In this document: positions 37,380 through 49,324 of the stretch, in pieces
Layout of the letters: every line of letters starts with the position of its first letter
Numbering within the stretch: position 1 is the stretch's first letter
DNA from: Callorhinchus milii
Taxonomy: Eukaryota
Length of the DNA stretch: 64,000 nucleotides
NCBI RefSeq assembly: GCF_018977255.1
Contig: NW_024704742.1
Location: 66,962,001 to 67,026,000, forward strand
Reading direction: 5' to 3'
Notes under the pieces: generated by a model
Seen by the model: only the letters and a program-made list of their open reading frames with translations
What the model was told of the DNA's origin: nothing
Databases searched by the model: none
Translations under genes and position numbers: made by a program

Positions 37380-39880
37380 TACAACAGCCTACTAGGGAAG
37401 GAGGGAAGAAGATAAAGAGTAGCAGACAAGTTGTGATGTTAGGGGATTTCACTATTCGATTCACAGATTGCATTCTGTGCAAACCAGACCCAGAAAATAA
37501 AATGGTAAATTGCCTACCAGGTGCACTGGTTGAGGATCTGACTCCCCGGGTTGACCAAATGCCACAGGGAGCATGTGAGGAACCAATTGTAGCTGTCCAT
37601 GTGGGAAGAAATAACATAGACAGAAGTAGACCAGAGATCCTTCATGTTAAGTTTAGAGCATGAGGAAGGAAGCTAAAGGGAAAGACGTCAAGTATAGTAT
37701 TTTCCAAAATACTACCTGTACCACATGCTAGTGAGCAAAGACAGAGGATAAGATAGAGGCAGACCAAAGCGTTGCTAAGGCATTGATGTAGGGAGTCAAG
37801 CTTTTGTTTCCTTAAAAAATGGGGCACCTTATGGAATAGGGGGCATCTATACAGACCGGATGGGCTCCACCTAAACAAAAGTGGGGGTGGAGGTGTTGGC
37901 GTGCAGGATGGATAGTTTAGTTAGGGAGTGTTTAAACTAGGCATAGGGTTAGTTGCGGTAGATGTAAGAGCGCACCTGAACCGATTAGGGAAAACCTTAA
38001 GGCGTACCAGTATGATGGGTCTAACTCCAAAGGTTGGTGTAAAAGAAACACAAAATGCTTATAAACTAAATGGGAAAGACAAAAAACAATGGAGCTATAC
38101 TTGTATTAATGCAAGAAGTTTGACAAACGATGTGTGATCTGGAAGGTCTTGTGGGGGGTGACAGATTGGACATCATTAGCATCACAGAGACATGGTGGAA
38201 TGAATCCAATCAATGGATACTCACCTGGAAGGTTATAAACTGTTTAGGAGGGACCATATCGAGAGAAAAGGAGGTGGTGTGGAACTATATATAAGCTCCA
38301 TTATTGAGACAGGATATAAAAAAGGAAATGGCAGACACAGAATCAATTTGGGTAGACTTAAAAGATGGTAACAGAGAGAACCTATTACTGGGGGTCTGCT
38401 ATAGAACCCCAAGCCAGGGTGAAAGCCTTGATCTGGAACTGTGTGATGAGATAAGGAAGGCGACTAGGAAGGCATTGACCATAGTAGTTGGAGATTTTAA
38501 CTTACCCAAAATTGATTGGGATAATAATGTGCCTATTGGTAAAATAGGGAAAGATTTCTAGAGTTAAAGGAAGACTGTTTTATGACTCGGTTTGTAAAAG
38601 AGCCATCAAGGAGAGATAACATCTTGGATTTGATAATGAGCAACAAGGGCAACCCAATCTCCAACAAAAAAGTGGGAGAAACATTAAGCAACAGCGATCA
38701 CAATGTAGTCATATTAGGCATTTCAAGAGTTGGTGAGTTTATAAAAACCCAAATAAAACTGCCAAACTTCAAGAGGACTGACTGTGCGCTTGAGAAGTCT
38801 AGTCGGAGTGGGCCTGGCAGGTTTAAGTATGGCAATGGGAGTGGAGGATCTATGGAGTTCCTTCAAGGAGGTGATTATGAAGGCAATGGAACAATGTGTA
38901 ACCATGCGAAGCAAAGGTACCAAGCTTAAAGGCACTCCTGCCTGGTTGGACGGGACTGCAAAGCAAATCACAAAGAGGAAAAAAAGGCATTTTAGGTCAT
39001 GAAAGAAAATGGCACAGAATTTGGTCGGATTCAATACCAGAAGGTATACCGGGACCTCAAAAAGCATCAGAATAGCGAATAAAAGCTTTGGATTGAACAT
39101 AGCAAGAGATGTGAAGGATAATAACATGTTTTTTTAGTTACATTAAGAGTAAAATAAAAATAAGCAATGGAATACATCACATGGGGACAAAAAATCCTGG
39201 CAGGGACTATTATTTGAAAATGAAATGGACCTGGTGGTCCTAATTGATAATAAATTGAAGCTCTCCCTACAATACTTTGTGGCAGTGAGTAAAGCAAACC
39301 AGATATTGGGATGTATCAAAAGATCAACAGCAAGCTAAAATAGTGGGGTAATCCAGCCACTGTATAAATCATTGGTGAGACTATCCTTGAAGTACTGTTC
39401 TGGACGCCGTAGTACAAAAAGGATATTGGACAAATCGAGAAGATACAGAGGAGGGTAACCAAAATGATTGAGGGAGTGGAAGGACTGGACTATGAGGAGC
39501 GACTGAGTAAATTGGGCATGTTCATGCTGGAAAAGAGAAGATTGAGAGGCGACATGATTGCTGTCTTTAAGATTTTAAAGGGGCAAGATGATATAGATCA
39601 TGACAGGCTGTTTCAACTTGTCCAGAATAGTAGAACCAGAGGACATGGCCTGCGATTGAAGGGGGGTAAATTCAGATCAAATCTACCAAACACTATTTCA
39701 GTGAGCGAATAGTGAACCTGTGGAACAGGCTCCCTCGGGAGATGGTTGAAGCAGGAAGTGTTGATTCTTTCAAGCACAGATTAGATAGTTTTCTTTTAGG
39801 AAATAACATTATGGAATATAGTACACAGGTAGTTCGGGACATATGTCCATGCGACCGCCAGGAAGGTGGAAGGCGAACAA
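37380..39880 (+). mobile_element. CR1 LINE with ORF1 esterase and APE endonuclease remnants, RT domain missing
   Basis: ORF1: VMLGD, CLPGA, VHVGRNNI, DGLHLN; ORF2: INARSL, ITETW, GDFNLP, ILDLI, SDH; then a jump near 39200 to KANQILGCIKR and RRLRGDMIAVFKIL. Confidence 0.93.
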
Positions 39881-40439
39881 AAGTTTTTTAAAATTTATTT
39901 TATATAATTCCCACAAAGGTTCTATGCAGTCTTTCCATCCTCCAGCATCCTCAATGTGCTGCATTCCAAATGCTTTACGCCATCTTTCCCAGGACCTCAA
40001 GGTTGCGGAGCTCCTTAAATCTATCTGTGTCCCTTTCTCCTGCAAGCTTTTAAAGCTTGCTGTTCCTAAACTACCATTTTACATTACTTTTTTCCTGTGT
40101 TCCTCTTTTCAAGGGTGTGGACTTTGGCTCTTCACCTGAGTTCCAAGTTAAACAAACAAACAAACAAAAAATTGGAAGTTGCACAACCCGATCATTGTTA
40201 TTCTGTAGCTTTCTAGGTCGGGTGTGTTTTTTAATGTTTAAGCCTTTTATTGTTTAGTGACTAGGTATGTAATGAATCTGTTGAAATATTGTGATTGTGA
40301 TCTTAGTTGTTTGCTCACAAAATAAATGGAGCCAAGGAATGATTCTCCTGGTATTTGGGGAGGGGAGAAGGATTGAAAGAGTAGGAAACTTATTAACTAC
40401 AAAATAGGTTTGGCTTCACGTTGTGGCAAGATGGTCCAC

Positions 40440-40655
40440 TTTACATTGCTGTGGGAAAACTGGCTCCTGCGCTTCACCCACAAAATACAGTCAATCCACT
40501 TTGCAGTATATCCTGTGAAGCGCTTTGAGACGTCTTGACAACGTGATAAGGCACTAATTCAAGGATTATTATTTATTACAATATATTCTATAAAGCACTT
40601 TGAGACATCTCAACAATATGATAAAGTGCTATATCAAATGCAAATATTATTATTA
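40440..40655 (+). mobile_element. Two tandem SINE tails
   Basis: gtgaagcgctttgagacgtc..attattat followed by a second aagcactttgagacatc..attattattac. Confidence 0.85.
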
Positions 40656-41219
40656 CACTGCATTTCAACTTTTCTACCATCAAAGTAGAAATGATGGATA
40701 TGCCTTGAATGAATTATGGGTGATGTGTTTGGTGACTAATGGCTTTAAAGGTATTGCTGAGGTGTCAATTTGGAGGGAGTTAACAGATGCCAGCTCACTG
40801 CTGCAAGAGATAGTAAGTGTGGAAGGAAATGAATTCAGGCATGTAATATTGCTGAAATAAGAGATTTAGCATGTGGAAGTGTTCAGGAAAGATCAAAAAG
40901 GTTTATCAATAATACACTGAGCTGAAGGTTTACTGGATTACAATATTAATGTGCCCTATCCTGCAGTCTGAACCCATTATAATGTAATGTTTTGGATTAA
41001 TAAAATTAGACCACACGCTATATATAACTAGTCCAGTTTTTGAAAATTGAGTTGTTGAGATTGAGCTACTTTGGAAATAAGTTTTAGAGGACATGGATTA
41101 TTAACGGTGGAGCAGGTGGAGTGGGAATAATAATGACAATAATAGTGTTTTGGTGTAGCATCTTATCACATTGATGAAACATCTTGAATCGCTTCAGAGG
41201 TTACACTTTAAAAGAGTAT

Positions 41220-41490
41220 TTTCCTTTTGGTCAGCCAGGTGTCTTGACGCATGTGAAACCCATCACCAACCTTAAGAGTATCCAAACCAGACTGAGAGTT
41301 CCACTTTACATTGTAAAGCCGCCTAAGCACGGAAGTTTCCCTGTGTCTGGAACGGAATGAGCACTCTTTCTCTGGAGAGATGCATGCTACTTCACTTAAT
41401 CCCGGAGAATATTTAAGCACGGGTCAGCAAGAATCAAGGCTTGATGACCCCAGAGTATGCATTGGTCCTCCTGGAGTTTAACCAGCTGTG
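41220..41490 (-). repeat. Unclassified dispersed repeat, diverged copy
   Basis: rc aligns with 3850-4110. Confidence 0.8.
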
Positions 41491-42039
41491 ATTGTGTATT
41501 TATAGTTCGTCGATAGGTGGGCTAGGACGCAAGGCTGGAAAGATTGCATAGATCCTTTAAGCTCTAATTTTAAAGAGTTACATCATGTATTCCCTCAATT
41601 AACTTTACTCATGGCAACAAGTTCACTTCCTCTGATAACTTAAGAGTTGACAGAGCTTCCTGCGTTTGTAGCATCCCTGGAATGTAAATGCACCACAAAT
41701 GCAGCTTTGCTGTGCATGAGGAGTATTTGATGCAGACTGTGGTGACCAAATTGGAAGTGTTCAATTCCACGCCTTTGGCATCTTCCATTTGATAAGCAAA
41801 CAAAATAAAGTTATAGCACTGGCTGATTGCAATCATTTTCATTGATGTAAAGTACTGATTTGTTCTTGCAACTACTTCACAGATTGCTATGGTCATAAAC
41901 CTATTTACAACAGCAGCCTGGTGTGTGAATGATGCCAGTAAATGTTGATATGTGTAATGTCCTTAATTCCTAAAACAATCAGGATTTCTAATTGTGGGAC
42001 GGACATGCCAGGTAGAAATGCGGCATTTTCCCTCTTGCT

Positions 42040-42275
42040 GCACATTCTTTACCCGGAGGGTAGCTGAGTTATGAAATTCTCCGCAATAAACTGTCGCTGA
42101 AGCAGAGGCTATGAATTCTTCTAAAAGGAAATTGGATAGATGTTTTAATAAAAGGAATGTTAAAGAATATGTGAGAGCAGGAGAGTGGAAGAAAATTGGG
42201 TGCCTCATATGGAAAGAAAACCACCAGGGCAGATTTGATGTGGCAGATGGCCTCTTTCTTGGCTGTAACATTCTG
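42040..42275 (+). mobile_element. CR1 3' fragment
   Basis: ttctttacccggagggt...aaaaggaaattggatagat...atggcctctttct. Confidence 0.7.
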
Positions 42276-42417
42276 AGAAGGAAAATAAAACAAATGCAAT
42301 GTGCAAAAAGCCGAATGCAAAAATAGTGATATGAGATTTATTCCTTGAGGTTTCATTTTTCTGTTTTGATTGAGCAAAGGCAACTAGCTTTTGCCCAGCT
42401 AAAACTAATGATGGACT

Positions 42418-42730
42418 ACAACAACAAAATTACATTTATAGAGCGCCTTTCACGTCGGGAGGACGTCCCAAAGCGCTGGACGTCCCAAAACGCTGAACAG
42501 ATTAGCCAGGCATAAATAATAATTTTAATCTATCTGACAGTTCCTCCTTATTGTTTTAAATGCCTCCATCAGATCACCCATTAACCCCCTCAATCAAATT
42601 TTCTTGATTAAATTTTCTTGATTTAAGCCATAAATCAATAAATGTTCAACCAAGAACAAAATGAAAGCACACTACCGATGGAACACAGACTTACCGAAAG
42701 GCGCTCTATAAATGTAATTTTGTTGTTGTT
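42418..42730. repeat. Perfect 34-bp inverted repeat made of L2 tails facing outward
   Basis: 42418-42451 is the exact rc of 42696-42729. Confidence 0.92.
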
Positions 42731-42992
42731 ACCTAGCTGTGTGTGAATGTTTAGGGGGTTGTGTCTTCACACCCTCACGGGCCACTTCCAGCCCTCAGGA
42801 CATGATAAGGAACTATATCAAATGCAAGGATAATTATGTTTTTTCTATGCTTCCTTCAATATTTATTATAATATCCTTACATTTAATGTAGCACACTATC
42901 ACTTTAACAAAATATCTTGAATCACGTCACAGGATACACTTTAAACTGTGTAATTTGTAGGCAAACAGCAGAATACCTTAACATCACAACGC

Positions 42993-43207
42993 ATAGCAGT
43001 ATAACTGGGATGACCTGTACAGTGTTGATCTGGGCACCTCACATTGTTTGACCTTGATTGAATGGTTTAGGAGAGGCAGTGATCTTTGCTTGCAATGCTG
43101 GGCTGTGCAAGGACCTTGATGATCGTGAAGCTTCCAGACTTCTCTCATTACTGCAGTGAAGTCTGGAGCGTTAGAATAATTTTATAATCTGTTCCGTGAA
43201 CATATTT
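42993..43207. repeat. 215-bp duplicated segment, copy B
   Basis: See 31621-31835. Confidence 0.97.
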
Positions 43208-43212
43208 ATATT

Positions 43213-43445
43213 AATAATAATCCTTGAATTTGACTTAGCATCTTATCACGTCTTTGAGACGTCTCAAAGGGCTTCACAGAATGCACTGTAAAGTGAATTG
43301 ACTGTGTATTTCGTGGGCGAAAGGCAGCAGCTAATTGCACATGGTTAGTGTCCCACAAACAGTTGTGGATTGAGTGACCCAATTATTATGATTTTTAAGG
43401 GATTATTTACCCTGGAAAAGCGATCCGCCAATTGACTAACAACCT
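43213..43445 (-). mobile_element. SINE, 5'-truncated long form
   Basis: Tail through gatccgccaattgactaacaac. Confidence 0.92.
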
Positions 43446-43730
43446 ATGTATACTTATTGATGTGGACTGACAGTAATTTGGAGAAGTAATTAAAGAAGCC
43501 TTGATCCATAGTTTTAACCTCAGTACCCACACAACAATGTAGTTGGAACCCCATCTCTTTGGTAAATACAAAATAATGTGAAACAAAATATAATAATAAT
43601 TCTTGCATTTGATACAGCACTTTAACAGGTCGTTGAGATATCTCGAAGTGCTTCACAAGATACAATTTAAAGTGGATTGGCTGTTTATTTTGTGGGTGGA
43701 ATATCATAATATGACAAAACAAAAACAGCA

Positions 43731-43996
43731 ACCATTAACCACTACTATTCACACCACCAACTTAGCCTTCCTGAAGCCACTCGCACCACCACGAGAGAGT
43801 GGTAGCCCAGTCAGAATCGGCGCTGTTGCTCAGTGCTGTGTGACCAGTCAGTTAAGGCAGACCTTGTGTGGGGATTAGAAGCGAGTGAGCCAGTGGCGAG
43901 CAGTGTTACAGCGGTAGTTTGGGGGTCACGGCAGCATGAGCTGCTTCAGGAAGGTTTGGCAGGTAGTGTGAGTGGTAGATGGAGAAGGTTCAATGG
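43731..43996. mobile_element. Possible MITE with ~50-bp imperfect terminal inverted repeats
   Basis: ccttcctgaagc (43766-43777) pairs with gcttcaggaagg (43943-43954); flanks also partly complementary. Confidence 0.5.
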
Positions 43997-44896
43997 GAGA
44001 GGTGGTATTAATGTTGGTTTATCCATTAAAAATGTGTTCTTTCTTTTTATTACATTAATGTAAATGTAATAAAAATAAATAAAATGAGATTTTTAATGCA
44101 CAAAACAAAATAGCACAAAATTCCCAGAAAATAAAACTAAGAATTATAAAAAAATAACAAGTATTTTATGGGACTTCTAAATATAATTTGTTTGCTAAAA
44201 ATGGTTACATTTGATTACACAATGGGGGAATGTTCCTTCCATATACACGTGTATGCTGTTTGTACCTGATGCCATAAATGGTCGGGAAGTACTTTGCAGC
44301 AGGAAGTACTGACTATGGAAGAATTTGTACCAGTTTAATGATATCTGATTCCATCATGTTTTGTTAAAAAAATGTTTGGAGTGTTTTGTATCTTTTGTTA
44401 TCCCTGCATATAGTCAGTCACAGTAGGACTCTGTACAGTAGCATGAAATGAATTGACTTGTTGCTTAAACCATATCAAAAGAATCAATATTAAAATGTTT
44501 GGGTTTATGTACTTTGTGCTGCTATGACAAATGGGCCACTGAGCAATTTTACATTTGCTTGATTGCTACATTTAACAATGTGTGTTGTTTAACATATTGT
44601 ATGTAACTGATGAGTAATGCCATCAGGTCTATGTTGATTGTCTTGGTTTCTTTCTAAGCATCAAGTAATATAGTATTCTGAACAGTAGTACCATTGTCCC
44701 AGTGAAGAATTGATGCAGCAAGACTTACTCAAGAGGAATTGTTTCATTATTAGTAACTGCATAGTAATCACCTTCATGCTCACAGTTTGTAAGAGAGAAT
44801 GTAATAAATTGCAGATATTTGTAGTGGATAACATAAGAGTTTGACTCTGAGTAAAATGCTGTCGATTACATTGGTCATCTCAAAATAACATTTTAT

Positions 44897-45254
44897 GTAA
44901 TAATCCTTGCATTTGATATAGCGCCTTATCACGTTGTTCAGATGTCTCGAAGCGCTTCACGGAATATACTGTAAAGTAGATTGACTATATTTTGTGGATG
45001 AAATGGGGCAGCCAATTGCACACAGCAGTATTCCACCAACAGTCATGGATTGGGTGATCATTTTTTTTGTTAGGGATTATTATCCCTGGAAAGCGATCTG
45101 CCAATCAACTAATAACTGGGTTCCTATTTAGTGCTAGAGAAACCTGAGGCATGTGGAAAAGGAAACTTGCCCAACATTTCACCCTGCCGGGAATCGAACC
45201 CAGGTCTCTCGCTTGAGAGGCGAGTGCTCTAACCACTGAGCTGCAGGACTCCAC
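44897..45254 (-). mobile_element. Full-length SINE, long form; second head fragment at 45275-45352
   Basis: gggaatcgaacccagg and ctaaccactgagct (rc B and A boxes). Confidence 0.95.
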
Positions 45255-46344
45255 AATTGGAATTTGAGGCTGCCTCAGGTTTTGCCCTGCCCCCAGGAAT
45301 CAAGCCCTCTCGCTTGTGAGGTGAACACACTAACCAATATGCTATGGACTCACAAATGTTAGATGATTCTTCACCAGTTGGGTTCTGTTTCAGCAAAACA
45401 GGAACCAGGCCAGCTCCAAACATGGAAAGCGGCTTTTTAAAGTCTTTCAAAAATGGTTGCCTTCCTATTTCTGCCGTGATCAGGATTTTAAATGAGCATA
45501 TAAAATACTCTGGATGTTTCAGTAAATAGAGTCTGCCAGACCTCTGATCATTAGTTGTCTGTAGAATCAATGGGTGCTTCTATATTGTCATCGCTGGTTC
45601 TGCAGTTCCATTTCTGGCACTTAGCCATAGCCATTACCAGTACAGTCCTTTCCTTTTCGGTTGGTCTCTTGTCTACCTATTCATCTTTACTACAGGTTTC
45701 CTACAGCGAACCATACACATCTTTGCTCATTTACATGATTAGCTGGTCTCTCAAAAGGACACAGTAAATTGGCATGAACACAATTATGGGAAGGGAAGAA
45801 ATAGTTAGCTCTTAGCCCATTTGTCAGAATACTGTTGCATGGACTGTTTGTGGAGAAACCACGGGTTTGATGCTCACTAGTACGTAGACTTTTAGAATTA
45901 CGTCGCTTGGGCTGGTAAGCCTGCAGCCAATGCTTCAAATCAACAACTTGCATTCATATAACACCCCTCATGCAAGGTAGGGTCCCAAATCACTCACCAG
46001 TTCACCTGCTTGAGAGAGTGCTCTGGGACATTGCCCTGTGTGTGGGGCCCTATATAAATGCAATTTGTTGTTGTTGAGTGGATGACCTATTCAGACATAG
46101 GACATATGATGGACCTTGGGAGGTTGTTATCTTTTGAAGGCTACTGTTGATCATAATGTATATCTCCCTGCTCAAACTTGCTTGTTTTTGCTTAAGCACG
46201 GTGGATCAGTCGCTCTGGATTGGCTATTCTTGTAGACAAGGAGGTGTTTTGCTATTTCTCCCAATTCCATACAGAAGATTGGATTGGCTTGTGATGATTC
46301 TGGAAACCCTACACTGATTTCAGTTTTCTGAGATCAGAATGCCT

Positions 46345-46768
46345 GTCAGCCTGGCTCAGTCGGTAGCACTTTTGCCCCTGAATCAAATGGTTGTGGACTC
46401 AAGCCCCATGTTGGGATTTGGGACGCACACTCTCAGCTGAAACTCCAATGCAGTGTTGGGGAGTGCTGTTTTGTTGGTGGTGCCGTCCTTTAGATGAGAT
46501 GTTAAACTTGTTCAAGTAGACTTAAAAGATCCCATGGCATGATTCGCAAATAGATTTTTTCTCAGTGTTCTGGCCGACAATCCTCCAAAATTAAAAAGAA
46601 AGTCATTCACTTCATGACTGTTGGTGAGAAGTTGCTGTGCACAAATTAGCTACCGCTTTCACCCACAAAATACAGTCACTCCAATTTACAGTATACCCTG
46701 TAGAGAAGCGCAATGCAACGTTCTCCTGACATGAAAGACACTGTACTAAGTTGAAGGATTATTGTTAT
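46345..46768 (+). mobile_element. Deu-domain SINE, near full length
   Basis: cagcctggctcagtcggtagcac head, gatgagatgttaaac..aaaagatcccatggca core, L2-type tail. Confidence 0.8.
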
Positions 46769-46954
46769 ATTTTTCCACAGAAAAGACCTCTGTCACATGT
46801 GTGGCCAGATTCATTCATTGTCGACCTGAAGCTAGATCTTCTAGATTATGTTGTTGAGTGGGTCATCAGTCAGGGTACATGTATTTGAAATCTCCCTCCA
46901 TTCGAGCTTCCTGAATCCTCCCATTTTGTAAGTGAATGAAAGAGCTGCATTTTC

Positions 46955-47160
46955 ATTGCATTACTTTGCCGAAAGGTCTCAAAGTGTTTTTATTGCAAAT
47001 GCTGTTGAGTGTAGTGACTTTCTTTGTAGGAAAATGCTATATAGGCTTTTGCGCCAGCAAAGTTCTGCAAACAGTTATAAAGTGAATGATCAATTAATGT
47101 GGAAGATAGTTGGCCAGGACACCAGAAATTAAAACTCCCTTCAAATAGTATCATGGGTAT
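46955..47160 (-). mobile_element. Deu-domain SINE 3' half
   Basis: gttggccaggacacca..ttcaaatagtatcatggg. Confidence 0.6.
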
Positions 47161-47179
47161 AACTCAATCCAAAGCCCAT

Positions 47180-47857
47180 TTTCTTTTGGTCAACTGGGTG
47201 TCGGACACATGTGGAACCCCATCCCTGTGCTTAAGAGTATCCAAACCAAACTGAGATTTCCATGCATCCCACCAACACATGCAAATCTCAGAGATAGATT
47301 GTTGGAATGGAATGCGCACTCTCTCCCTGGAGGGACACATCCTGTTTACCTAATTACAGAAAGTAATAATAATCCTTGCATTTGATATAGCGCTTTTCAC
47401 GTCGGGAGGACGTCCCAAAGCACTTCACAGAACACACTGTAAAGTGAATTGACTGTATATTTGTGGGCGAACGCGCAGCCAATTACGCACAGCATTGTCC
47501 CACAAACAGTCGTAGATTGAAAATGACCAATTTATTATTGTTTTGGGTTTTGGAGGGATTATTATTAGGTGTGTGGAGTAAGGAAACTAGCCCAAGGTTT
47601 CGCCCTGCCTGGAATTGAACTCAGGTCTCTCGCTTGTAAAGCGAGTGCTCTAACCACTGAGCTACAGGACTCCACAGGCGCAGGTTGGCAAGAGCCAAGG
47701 CTTGGGGAACTGCTGGAGTCTAACCAGCTAAAACCCCATAGCTTGCCATTGATATTGGTGTCTGGTAAGTTTTCCCTCTGTTTGTCCAGCTAGGTTAACA
47801 GGTTGCAGAGTTAACAGGAGCTGAGTGGGATGACTCCCTGTCCCAGTGATTGATTGG
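47180..47857 (-). repeat. Unclassified dispersed repeat split by a SINE
   Basis: Both halves align to 3705-4110. Confidence 0.85.
47364..47675 (-). mobile_element. Full-length SINE, short form, CTCCC loop
   Basis: Nearly identical to 54726-55056. Confidence 0.96.
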
Positions 47858-47859
47858 GA

Positions 47860-48075
47860 TCAGGAGGGGTGGGGAGGGTGACTGAAATCGCTGTCAAAGC
47901 GGAGGATCTTGAGGCGTGTCTTGAAGGAGGCAAGGGAGGGGGCAAGGCAGAGGTCTGATGGCTGTAGTTCCAAAGAGTGGGGGCAGGAAGGCTGAAGGCC
48001 TGACCACCGATGGTGGGGTGAGTAGATGGGGGACTTGGTGCAGCTGAGTGAAGGGAGCGGACAGGTCGGTATGGA
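47860..48075 (-). mobile_element. L2 fragment
   Basis: SLASFKTRLKILRFD in ORF 47860..48216. Confidence 0.8.
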
Positions 48076-48467
48076 CGGCCTTGATGAAGGTTGGTATAAC
48101 ATCCTCTTGAATAGAAGTAACATGGGAAGGATGTACCCAGTGAGCAACATTAGTTGATATTTGTTAAGAAAAATAAAGTTCAATATTTTAATAGCGAGCG
48201 ACTTAAACTGCACCATCCATAGAAGAAGTTGGTTCTGTTAATTGCTGTCTTTTGGTCATGACAGAATGTTGCAGCATTTCCTCTTAATTGCTCTTGACTG
48301 TGAGACTAACTCGGGAGTTCAGAAAGTAAAAGTGTTCCTGTAATGCTCTATCCTCTGAGGAGCCCTATATAAACCCACGGGAATTTGCCTTCATTTCTAG
48401 TGACTGAATGAAGTTGTTTCCACCCTTCTTCTTTCTTCAGTCAAGGTCGACTTTTACAATGGGATTT

Positions 48468-48527
48468 TATATATATATATATATATAGTGTGTGTGTATA
48501 TATATATACACACATACATACACACAC
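48468..48527. repeat. Compound (TA)n/(TG)n/(CA)n microsatellite
   Basis: Direct reading. Confidence 0.95.
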
Positions 48528-48952
48528 TAACAACAACAAATTGCATTTATGATGAATTCCTGATTATAATACCCTGGCTCATAGCATCTCCCACAAAATA
48601 CAGTCATTTTACACTTTAGAGTATATTCTGTCTCAGCGATGTGATAAGGTACGATATCAAATGCAAGGATAATTATATCACATGGCTTTTTTCATCATGC
48701 TGTCAATATCTGCTGTTTCTTACATAAAATGCCTTATGTGAGGTTCTGCCTGATTATTAAAGTCTTGAGTGATACAGGTTTTAAAATGAGCAAACTGAAC
48801 AAAAAATTATTGGCACATAAACTTATCCTGTACTTAACTTAAATGAGGTTTAACAAATAACCTGACAGTTGTGGGGGGCAGCCCATTCTGTCACATCGAC
48901 AGCCGCTCGCTCTGCACAGGTGTTGTTTGTTGCTGTGGGTGATCCTGGTCTC

Positions 48953-48969
48953 AGAGCCCCCTTGTGGCC
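48953..48969. promoter_or_regulatory. Candidate CTCF motif
   Basis: gcccccttgtggcc differs by one base from the GCCCCCTGGTGGCC core. Confidence 0.4.
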
Positions 48970-49033
48970 TCGGAGAACTGATGCCTACATCGTCGCCCAG
49001 GGCATAAAGTCACTGAGTTCTTTTCCTTTCAAG

Positions 49034-49100
49034 CAATGTGGTCCAATTGGCGGCCCGTGGGCCGCATCCAGCCCAGCAGGTGATTTTATCTGGCCCGAGA
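49034..49100 (+). mobile_element. hAT/Charlie-like transposon terminus
   Basis: caatgtggtccaa..gcggcccgtgggccgcatccagccc..ttttatctggccc resembles MER58/Charlie-type ends. Confidence 0.6.
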
Positions 49101-49324
49101 CCATTTCTAACATTCCAACTTCTGCTCCCTCCCTCCCTGGTGATAGTCTTCCCATGGCGGTGGCAGGAGCCGGCGGTTGGGAGGACACAGCGCGGAGAGT
49201 GAAAATAATACCAGCCATTACTGCATTCTGTCAGGAAGGCAAGCGCTTCTCTTACCAACTACAACCTTAGCAACTGCGCCGGCTCCTGTCACTGCAGATG
49301 GTGATTGGTGTGCAACTGATTTGG

